Part shown: positions 1 to 8,768 of the stretch, piece by piece
Layout of the letters: the number at the start of each line of letters is the position of its first letter
How positions within the stretch are numbered: position 1 is the first letter of the stretch
Assembly (NCBI GenBank): GCA_965233585.1
Contig: CBDDTI010000447.1
Span: forward strand, 1 to 12,110
Length of the DNA stretch: 12,110 nt
Reading direction: 5' to 3'
From: a bacterium
Lineage (GTDB): Bacteria > SAR324 > NAC60-12
Made by a program: the position numbers and the translations under genes
The notes under the pieces: model-generated
Database searches by the model: none
Told to the model about the DNA's origin: nothing
The model's input: the letters and a program-made list of their open reading frames with translations, nothing else

Positions 1-151
1 TACGTCGCAAAAATCCAGGGCTCTTACACTAGAGCTGGCCAACTAGCCTCAGACTAGCAGAAATTTGGTTTGGGCTGGTAGGGTTTCCATTTCCACTGGC
101 TGAACTAGTTCGATCCTGTCTTTCTAGGAAGACCGAAACGCAAACTCTTTT

Positions 152-457
152 CATGGAAGGATCCATGAGTTTTCAAAGGGGGGTGGCTGTTATCTCGTGG
201 TCATAGAATCAATGGGGCATGCCTCCAAAATGTGGCAATTCGAGAACTGAAACCTAATTGAAAACTATTACGCCAAAAATACTAGCAATACTACAAAGTA
301 GAAATTACGATGAGGTACCTCTCCAGAGGGTTTCCCTTTATTTCCGCTATAACGTGTACAAGTGTTAATCATATTTGACTTTTTTGCTCTTTCAAAGAGG
401 TGGTGGCTAGCACCCCCTTCCCCCCCCCCCCCCCCCATCCCTCTCGAACTCGCCCTG
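152..457. mobile_element. Degenerate MITE-like repeat with G-rich/C-rich ends
   Basis: Direct repeat ttcaaagRggKggtggct-like at 172-188 and 391-408, poly-C tract 412-436, weakly complementary ends (catggaaggatcc ... gaactcgccctg). Boundaries are approximate. Confidence 0.3.
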
Positions 458-707
458 CTTTTCTCGGAAACAAGCTCAGAATGTCACGGTGGATGGATAC
501 GCATGCAAATTTAAGTTTGTTTACTTTGCCTTGTGTGGTACTTTAACAGGTAACTGAACATGTTCACACATCGATGTTTTTTATTCCTTTCTCGGGATAT
601 TATATTTCTAAAACTTTTGCAGTTAATTTTATGTACAGAAATAAGAATTGCAACTATTTGTCTCTATAACAAAATTTTTTTATTTTATTTCATTACCTAT
701 CGAAAAG

Positions 708-729
708 TTCGCCGTTAATTAACGGCGAA
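708..729. repeat. Perfect 22-bp palindrome ttcgccgttaattaacggcgaa
   Basis: Self-reverse-complementary. Followed by two copies of attaYctctgtata at ~732-745 and ~788-801. Confidence 0.9.
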
Positions 730-810
730 ATATTATCTCTGTATATTACAGGGGACCAAACACTTTCCCGTGCAATAACTGCAAAACATTACCTCTGTAT
801 AATAAGTGTG

Positions 811-919
811 AAGCCTTGGAGCCATGACTGGCTCATAACTACCGGAGCTTATCCCGGTTTCTGTGTCATGAAGCGGCTAGGAATATTTCTACTTCCCCTG
901 GACGGGATGCTAGTCCATT
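811..919 (-). mobile_element. Fragment of a cnidarian-type tRNA-derived SINE (3' part)
   Basis: ccggagcttatcccggtttctgt..catgaagcggctaggaatatttctacttcccctggacgggatgctagtccat matches, from memory, a very common cnidarian SINE body. Cut off at ~919. Confidence 0.6.
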
Positions 920-926
920 GGTAAAA

Positions 927-2622
927 CGAAAATTTTCCAACATTTATTTTTTTCTGAAAATTTTACCGTTGAAAGCTGATGAGTTAGTGATGTCAGAAAT
1001 GTAAAAAAATTGGGGGGTCACCGACTTCGTTTTGGAGAGAACATGCCCGGAAGAACACCTAAATCTGAGTAAATCGGGCTTTGTTAGCGAAGATCACAGT
1101 GGCTGCAAGTCCCAAAATAATGCAACTAGAGCTTTGAAGGGAAATGTTTTCTGCCAAATATGATTAAAGTGGGTCTATTAAGTGAATTCAGTCAACTGAT
1201 GAGGTTTGTCAAAGAACATGTTCGCTTTTAGCGACCATTGTCTCACGCGCCTTGCCGCCACAAGATGACAGGATTCCATGCCCCGTGGACAGAAATCGTG
1301 AAACTTTTTTAGCTTCACACATTGATTTTTTGGTTCATTTTTGGACAATGTGGAGATAATTGCTGGCGAGCCCTAGCGAGGCAGCTGCCTATTCTTTAGC
1401 GAGATGAAGGCAAAATCTGTCTGTTATAAGATTGAAGACATGCGCAATCGATTGTGTTTTTATATACAGGCATTCCGGGGTGCCTATGAATGCACGTGGA
1501 AGTATCGATCGATTTCGAGGAATAGTCCCGTTCAGCAAGAAATCAAAGACACGATAAACGAGGTGAAATATGGATGTTTCTGATTACTTGTAGAAGGATT
1601 CATCAAGGTCATATATGGTTTAGGAGTGACTATCGAGGAAGACGGATTTGTATGTGTTTGCGGGCTGCTCTACTAAGTGAGCAATTTTGTCGATTCGCGA
1701 ATGGAGGTGCCAAGCTATCGATCAAGTCCTACTTCATGAGATCATCTTTTTTGTCTCAGTGTATTCAGCAGCAAAGTAGTGTTAGGCAAAACTACTTCCA
1801 TTCGGATAAACTGCCGAGTGCAGCTTGCTGGTCTCGGGAAGAAAAGAGAGGAAATTGTGAAGCCAACCTGCTTTAGCTTGCTTTGTCTAAATCGGTACCA
1901 CAGACACCAGAGCCAAATTCTTCGCCGGTTGAGGCGTTAAATTTGAACGTGACCTCAAAATCTCAGCCCTTTGAGTTAGATAATTCGACCATTGAGAGTT
2001 ACATGTGCCGTCGAGGCGAAAGAAAAGCTTGCAATCATTTTGTTCTGTGGATTTTGATCTCCTTGCTTTAATGCGATTTGATATGACCTCTGATGTCACG
2101 TTGCGTGACAACTCAGTTTCGGTAAACTCACAAATACGTCTCATTTTCACTTTTACTGGTAACGTTTAGCATAAAGGCTAATTTTTAAAAAGAATACTTG
2201 TGGAAATCCATCTACTTAAGTTTTCCTGGGTCTCTTACTCAAAGTTCTAGCATTTGTTGCGTTCTTTTTTCAAGTAAAGAAAAATACTTTGGGGCTTTGT
2301 TGTCTCACAAAATCCCTTTAAAACTTGACTGGCTACACCAACGCCAATTACACAGCGTATTATCAGTATTTCCTTCAAGATCTGACGCCAGCACTCACTT
2401 TCACATTGAAACTCCTAGTTGTAAATAAAATCCGTTTCTGAAAAGAAAAATAGCGGTCACCGAACGTCCAAGATCGTTAAATCCAAGAAAAGCTATAACA
2501 ATGGCCATCTGCCCTATTATTGTTCAGTTTAGTATTTTATAGCGCGCGCGCTCGATGTATGACGTGGCATGTGAATTTGCGTACGCAGTAAGGATGCGCA
2601 GAAACAATTCGCGCGAACGTCT
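927..2622. mobile_element. Non-autonomous DNA transposon relic, Kolobok-like; left TIR lost
   Basis: Right end gcgcgaacgtct followed by TTAA (2623-2626), i.e. TTAA|AG.. on the minus strand, matching the Kolobok RR..YY/TTAA rule. Motif ggtcaccga occurs near both ends (1016-1024, 2455-2463). No recognisable transposase in the internal ORFs. Confidence 0.5.
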
Positions 2623-2933
2623 TTAAGAGGTTTGTGTAGCCGGATGATTTGCTTCTAATTTTTCCAAATCTTTCAGTCTCAAATCCGAATTTTGATTGCA
2701 AATTTCTTCTATTGCTTCAGTTTTCGTTTGGCTGCAGTTTTGCATGTGGCTTTTTCGCGTCAGCAGTGCGCTTACTCTAATTGGTTAAAATCCATCGGAA
2801 GATGATTATTATCAAGCAAGAACCAATAAGCTGTGGTGTTGATATTGCATTAGCAGCCCGCTGTCAGTCATTTGCAGCTGCTGAGCAAGTGTTTCCAAGA
2901 GGCCGATTTTCTATTTGGCGGTGTATAGTTAAG

Positions 2934-3152
2934 AATTATTGGCCCAAGTGGAGGTGAATATCCACCACTTTCACCGACACTGAAGTGAATAATTGTTTTA
3001 GTGTATACCACACAAGTTGAATGAGTAATTGGTCCATAAAATTGCTCCTTGGTAACCGAGGCGAAACGAAAAGCCATTTGTTTTGCTCAGTGTGCTCCGA
3101 GGTTAAAATACATGCTATTCACCTCCGAGAGTACTATTCACTTGTGTGGTAT
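2934..3152 (+). mobile_element. Fold-back (hairpin) element, apex deleted; putative non-autonomous Crypton-like
   Basis: Imperfect arms 2934-2958 and 2969-2994 with a tandem GA mismatch (gtg-GA-ggtgaa / ttcacc-GA-cac). ataccacacaagt (3005-3017) is inverted at the far end (3140-3152). The minus strand reads MAFRFASVTKEQF from 3077. Confidence 0.6.
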
Positions 3153-3473
3153 TATGAGGACACGGCGGAAAAACCGTCTTCGATTGCAATACTTCTTTGT
3201 TTTTTGTGGCCATCTAGTCTGCTAACAGGTTCGGTTGGCTCTTGTTGCTCTTCAACCTCTTCAAGCTCTTCAGGCTCTTGAGCCTCTCTGGGTGCTACAA
3301 GTCATGAGCGCAAAGAGGCCGGGCTTCTGACCAAATAGCCAAATGTCGTACGTTTGGTTTTGTAAAACTGGTTATCAAGTTCAGCTCCCTGATAAATGTA
3401 GCTCAACAGTTGTGTCCTACGTGGCAGACGTAGCAAATGCCTTATGTGTGAAAAAAAAAGTGTATTTTACGTA

Positions 3474-3500
3474 ATTAGCCACTCCCCATTGGGGCTTTTC
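3474..3500 (-). mobile_element. Possible 3' tip of a LINE/SINE (short stem-loop)
   Basis: ccactccccattggggcttttc forms a cccc-att-gggg hairpin resembling non-LTR retroposon 3' tails. It abuts the DIRS left end. Confidence 0.3.
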
Positions 3501-3503
3501 GCC

Positions 3504-3585
3504 TACTATTCATGACACTCATAATTATATGCGAAAGTGAAATACGTGAAATCACTGCATGCAGGCGTGTGCACGAGGGTGTTAT
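3504..3585 (+). repeat. Split direct repeat A1
   Basis: tactattcatgacactcataattatatgcgaaa..gtgaaatacgtgaaat..tgcatgcaggYgtgtgcacgagggtgttat is repeated at 10302-10424. Confidence 0.92.
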
Positions 3586-3688
3586 TTTTAAGCAATGGAC
3601 CACAACTTTCTATGGGTTGTAAGCTGATTAACGGCCACGCGGTATGTTGGTAGAACACGAGAAGAATTCGTAAACCACGAGCCGCAGG
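3586..3688 (+). mobile_element. Half of a fold-back element inserted in repeat A1, truncated at its hairpin apex
   Basis: A1/A2 similarity breaks at 3585. The segment ends cacGAgcc-GCA-gg, the same apex grammar as the intact hairpins. The returning arm is absent. Confidence 0.6.
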
Positions 3689-3972
3689 AATACAGAGAAG
3701 CTAAATCTCGCTAGTATCGTTCAGAAACGCCTCCAAACGCAAGGTATACACACAGCAAGAAAGGGTAAGTCGATTGTATTATTTTTCCCTTATTTTGAAC
3801 TATTCTGTACGATCGTTATATTCCCATACAATCACTTATATTAACGCTGTTTGGCGATGTCATGTTGACGGTGCCCTCAGAGCTTGGGCTACCTGTGGGT
3901 CAATTTCTGATAGTTTATGAATTGTGTTCAGTCGAGGCGTGTTTGTTCACTCGGACCTGTTTTCTGCTTCAG

Positions 3973-4509
3973 AGATTGAAAGGTGAGGTCATGAAACTTA
4001 ACCAGACCTGGAGAGCATGACTACGTCGTCCGTGGAGAGTTTTCTGAAGATTATGGACTACGTATATCGCCCATTGTCCGATTTTGATAAGTATGAAGCG
4101 CTGGAATTGCTGGAGTCACTGCAGCATACTGCTCAGGATATCAAGCACGAGCGACAGATCTTTTATCGCTTGTTTTACCAGACGGTACGTGGCAAGATGG
4201 ATGTGCCCAGTGACCAGTTTAGGAGCCTCGTCCTTCGCCTTTTGGGCGACAAAGACCACGAGAAAATCTTTGATTGTGTGGCAAAGGTGGGGAAGCTTTA
4301 TCGCCCGAGGAGTCGTGACGGGGCCACTGCTATGTCCCCTTATTACAGGGGAAATGGGGGGCGCAATTCCCGCGATTTCTCAAGAAATTCTGGGCAAGCC
4401 TTAAGTTGGTTTTACTGTGGTAAGCAAGGCCAACCAATGGTGTAGTACCAGGAAAAGAGATCTCGCCTTGCAGGAGAAGAATGGAGCGTCTTGGTCAGCC
4501 ACAAAGTAA
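3973..4509 (+). pseudogene. gag-like ORF1 of the YR retrotransposon
   Basis: ORF 4017-4445 is helical, then RG-rich, then W-FY-C-GKQG-Q-PMV*-Y (4407-4448). This has exact C-x2-C-x4-H-x4-C spacing, with single-base changes explaining W, Q and Y. Confidence 0.8.
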
Positions 4510-4923
4510 TGAGTGGCCTTTGCCATAGTCAGAGTATTTGCTGGCATAATTTCTGTATGCTGTCTGATTTGATAAATAAATGCATTTTGAGTTGAATAAG
4601 TCTTGTGGGAATGATTTTCTTTTACCCCTCAGTAATTAGCTCAATAGTCTCGGAGTTTTGAAAGGTTTGAAAATAGTGTCTCTAGTTACCCTGCCAGGAT
4701 TATTGGGTCCGAGCTGTCATCTCTCTACTGACTACTTTGGGGTTTCACTCGTGTAGGGCTTGGGAATTTGATGAGGAATTCGATAAAGCCATCACTTGTT
4801 AGCAATCTGGGCCGAATGCCATACAATAGGTAGATTCCATGAGGAACCCCATAGCAGTTGGCAACGAGATGACAGCACGTGGGTTGGAACATAAGGTCAT
4901 GCGTGTGGAACGGGGCGAGATGA

Positions 4924-6497
4924 TTGGGGGATATCCATGAGTTATCCTTTCGAGATCCCAATCATTTTAGAGCTGGGGAACTGCACGCTCACTACTCGTT
5001 TTGGAGAGTGTTGCAGAATGATGCCCAGAAATGGCTACTCAAACTGAAGTCTTGGATTGGATCAAAGATAAAGTTCTATTTTCCCGTATTTCCAACATTT
5101 TAAGGGTTCGTTTAAGGGCGAGCACTCCACCCCATCAGATGTTTAGAAACAACAGGTCATGCAAACATTCCGTTAGCTTTGTGCAGAAAACCTTGATTAA
5201 TCGTCTAGGGACTGGGGCGATATCTTTAGTAGGGAGAGTTGGGGAGGTGGCGCCGCCCCATATTGTACTACCAGTAACCGTTGAGCTGTCAAAGCCTCGC
5301 CTCTGTCATGACGCACGTTATCTAAACCTCTGGATGAGTGACAATCCTTTCTCCCTGGATACCCTTAATGACGTGCCTCGTAATGTAACGAAAGACTCGT
5401 TTCAGACTGTTTTGGATGACAAGTCTGGGTAATGGAGAGTAGCCGACCTTTCTTTGGAATACGATGGGCCGGGGTGGCTGGTTTTCCGTGTACAATACTT
5501 GCCCTTTGGTTGGAAAGTTTTCCCTTTTATCTATCACACGACAGACCTTCTAGCGACTGGCTATTCGCTCAATTGGTATTCTGTGTTTCCTTTACATTGA
5601 CGATCGTCACAATGGTGAGCTTCAAGTCTCTTTGGATAAAGGGGAAATATGGTTCCTTGGCCACAGCGGATGAAGGCAATCTTGCAGCTGCTGAATGTGC
5701 GATTTTTCTGGTTGCTTATTATTTGGTGAAATTGGGTTATTTTCTTGGTCTGTCAAAATCTATTCTGATCCCGATGAAGATTGTTCCATACCTTGGATTC
5801 ATGGCGGACTCCTCAAGAGAGACTTCATTTGATTCCTGAGAAGAAAGACAAGTTCATTGCACTTATTCGAAAGCTTCTTGAGTCATCCTATGTCTCCGTC
5901 AAAACGTTACAACGCCTCGCAGGTAAATGTGGTTTTTTTTTGCTAGAGCGGTGCCGGCAGCAAAGCTGTTTACAAGAGAAATGAACACAGCCATTTCAAG
6001 GTGTCTACGTTCTCAGAAGCCGATTTTGTTGCACGGCGCATTGCGAGAAGATATCTCTCACTGGTTGTTCCTTGAAAATTGGGACAACCCAATCCCGTGG
6101 CGCGATGAACGCCATACTCAAATCTCATTGGCCACGGATGCATCTTCCTCGGGATGGGGGGCTACGATTGTTTCTCCAAATTACCGAGAGCTTTTTTTTA
6201 TTATTGGACACAGGAGGAGTTCACATGGCAGTTAATAAAATGGCGTGGCATGGCATGGCAATTAAAAAAATGCTGTTATCGTGCTTGGATGAAGTGCGTA
6301 ACGCGCGTGTCGATGTACAGGTTGATAACCAGGCCGTTATTCACCCGTGGAACAACCAAGGTGGAAGGATTTCTCAGCTTAATAATGCTATGGAGGTGCT
6401 GTTTTCAACCACTGTTGCTCTGAATGTCCTGCTGCACCTTCTTTATGTCCGATCTGCCGACAACCTAGCAGATGGTCCTTCCCGACACAGATCTTAA
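4924..6497 (+). pseudogene. pol: reverse transcriptase + RNase H (DIRS-type), frameshifted
   Basis: FRDPNHFRAGELH..W; KPRLCHDARYLN; LDDKSG; LYIDDRHNG (YIDD at 5593-5604); KSILIP..VPYLGF; RNase H motifs LATDASSSGWG, VDNQAV and SADNLADGPSR, spread over several frames. Confidence 0.93.
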
Positions 6498-6526
6498 CGG
6501 ATTTCTGCATGCGTTACTGATAGTAT

Positions 6527-6870
6527 GTGACAAAAGTTAAAGTTCAGCGGGAGTTTGGGGGTTCCACGGGGCACACGTGTGACTTGATGTCATTGGGTTC
6601 CAACGTTTCAAAGGACCGTTTTGGAAATAGTCTCTCCCGCCTCACCCCCGTCCTTTCCCCAGGGTCTGCGGGTGTTAATTTTTTTGCTCAGGATCTAACA
6701 ACTTTTGGGCCTCTCACGTAATTCCCATATATTTCTCCACCTCCGGTTTTGGTCGGTCCAGTCCTACGTTATTTGCGAAATATGAAGCAAGCATGCACAA
6801 TTGCTGTCCTAGATAGTTACTTCAGAAAATATTGGTGGCCGTTATTACACCATTTCGCAAAGAAAGCATT
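6527..6870 (+). pseudogene. Dam-like methyltransferase domain of pol, 5' part
   Basis: GHTCDLMSLGSN, GVNFFAQDL, PYISPPPVLVGPVLRYL, KYWWPLL: motif order of the DIRS/PAT MT domain. Interrupted after KKAF. Confidence 0.8.
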
Positions 6871-7277
6871 TAATAAACACTTAATGACTGGTCCCGAGGG
6901 GAACAGTGAATTTTGTTTCCCGAGAATCTCAATGTTTCCCGAGACGAAGTCGAGGGAAACATTGAGATTCGAGGGAAACAAAATTCACTGTTCCCCAAGG
7001 GACCAGTCATTAAGTGATTTGTTATATAGCAAAACAAAACTCAAAAGCAAAATTTGAAAACCGCGCTGAGATTCCAGCCATCACTTGCAACAGCAGTCAA
7101 CAGTGAACTGTTGACCGGGTAACAGTGAACTGTTTCCCGTTTGACGTCATAGTTTTCGCAATGTTGCCCGCTCGTGGCATTTGGCGGGAAACAGTTTCAT
7201 TGTTAGATGTCATGTGACCATGAACTAGCCAATGAAAAGACGCGCTGTAGCGGGAAAAACGCCAGCTATATAACAAA
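6871..7277 (+). mobile_element. Fold-back element 1 (139-nt hairpin plus tail); putative non-autonomous Crypton-like
   Basis: Hairpin 6878-7016 with loop c-GAA-g (6946-6948). tttgttatatagc (7018-7030) is inverted at the far end (7265-7277). Ends read taataaa / taacaaa. Confidence 0.85.
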
Positions 7278-7278
7278 A

Positions 7279-8550
7279 TGGCTTATTTCTCACGTGGCTC
7301 ATTTTTCTTTGTTCTTCGAGGCCGATTATATAGAATAAACCCCGCTAATTAACAACTGTCTGAAAAGCTGGGGGCGGCTTTGATTGTAACAGGGGAGTGC
7401 GGGGCTGATATTTTAATAACCCTCTAGGGGATTATTAAAGTTGATAATCCCCTAGGTGAATATTACAGTAATATTCCCCTCGCACACACCCACATGCCTT
7501 CCATTTCACGCACTGACAAACATAACAGCGACTTAACTTCAACAGCGTTGCATTTATTTTACTTAGAATACACATTCATATTATTACATTTTAAATACTA
7601 CAGAGCAGTTGCTCAAATTGAAAACATTGCACTCACTGTTCCTGGCCAGCAACTCTTTGTCATCCACGACTATGATATCCCTCTTCGACACTTTCTTCTT
7701 GTTTGCTTTAGTCTTTTTTTCAAGACTGCAGATTGAATCTTCTTGTTGCTCGTCCGAGTGGTCAAAGCTGAACAACCCTTTTGTCGCCTCCTCAACATTA
7801 AACTGAGCGTTTTCGTGGTCCACTTGCCGATTGTTCGAAAATACAAATTTCTCTAACTCATCTTTGCCCCGATTTGACGAGCCATTAAAACAACTTTGTG
7901 TGAGGAAAAGGTCTTCCTCAGAGTCACTCGTTTCTGCCATCCTTGCAGTACAGTGTGAAAAAATGAAGTAGTTGTAAAGCTGTCAGTATTTTTTGACAGT
8001 GTCCAAATCCCAGAGCTATTTTCCCAATCTTAAATGTATCGTAAAGCTTCTTTAGTATGCATATGGTTGTTTTGGTCGGTAAACCAAAAGCAAAAAAAAA
8101 TTAACGTGTGGAGCGATACTCACCGTTACGTCACCTGTTGTTATTAATGTCCCAACCAGAGATCTATTGGTTATTGAGACAATGGGTTCTTTTTTTTTTT
8201 TATGGTGAGCAAATTTAAATAACAAAGCAAATTGCTCATCAATGTTTGTAAACAGTGAATACAGCTATTATGCTGTTTTACAATGGTAAACCCCGCTGCG
8301 TTTTTTCGCAACTATTGTTCTATTGTCAAGTGTATGCACGGAAAACGATTTGTTTGTTTGTTTCGTCAGTGTACGTGTGTCAAAACAACGAACAAAATCA
8401 TGTCACGGTTGATACCTTGCCCATGTGATATCTCGCCCATGTGAAAAATAAGCCAGTTATTTTGAGGCACCTCGTGGATATGTGATTTATTCACCTCGGG
8501 CTGCGCCCTCGGTGAATAAATCACATATCCCCTCGTTGCCTCAAAATAAC
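7279..8550 (-). mobile_element. Fold-back element 2 (1.27 kb) carrying a short ORF; putative internally deleted Crypton-like element
   Basis: Terminal hairpin 8456-8550 with loop c-GCA-g on minus. ccatgtgaaaaataagcca (8437-8455) is inverted at 7279-7297 (17/19). The DIRS frame resumes right after 8551. Confidence 0.8.
7584..7940 (-). CDS. 118-aa acidic ORF, probable N-terminal remnant of a Crypton/KIAA1958-like (DUF3504) recombinase
   Basis: Good start context (aggATGG). MAETSDSEEDLFLTQ...IVVDDKELLARN resembles N-termini I recall in such proteins. AATAAA follows the stop. No catalytic domain is present, so the family call is inference. Confidence 0.45.
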   Translation of the reverse strand: MAETSDSEEDLFLTQSCFNGSSNRGKDELEKFVFSNNRQVDHENAQFNVEEATKGLFSFDHSDEQQEDSICSLEKKTKANKKKVSKRDIIVVDDKELLARNSECNVFNLSNCSVVFKM

Positions 8551-8551
8551 C

Positions 8552-8659
8552 CTTACTTCTACTGGGGATGGTGATGTACTCCTTATACGTTCGGCTCAGG
8601 GTTGGACCCCACACCCCGGAATTCCGGGCTATCTTTGGGTATTCTCGGTTGTCTCTTAA
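8552..8659 (+). pseudogene. Methyltransferase/pol C-terminus, continuing after the nested insertions
   Basis: LTSTGDGDVLLIRSAQGWTPHPGIPGYLWVFSVVS* joins naturally to ...WWPLLHHFAKKAF at ~6870. Confidence 0.75.
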
Positions 8660-8768
8660 ACGTATATCATTTTTATGAACCTGGGTCGATCCCATTCGTA
8701 GGAATTCTCTTCCTCCTAAGAAGTATACCTGTATATATCTTACTTATAATCTCCGTGCTATTTTGCAG

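Noticed and set aside
412..436. Poly-C tract (also (aac)n at ~10333-10354 and (ccca)n at ~10507-10525)
   Set aside because: Simple-sequence tracts within repeats, with no independent evidence of function.
1574..2428. Short ORFs within the TTAA-ended element
   Set aside because: No transposase, THAP or other recognisable motif.
3160..3410. Glu-rich minus-strand frame (VAPREAQEPEELEEVEEQQEPTEP)
   Set aside because: Short, low complexity and interrupted by stops; cannot be assigned to a gene.
6871..7057. C-terminal half of ORF 6749-7057 (NKHLMTGPEGNSEFCFPR...)
   Set aside because: Read-through into the hairpin insertion; the real MT continuation is at 8552.
8366..8695. 109-aa minus-strand ORF
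   Set aside because: Spans antisense DIRS sequence and a hairpin, so it is a chimeric chance frame.
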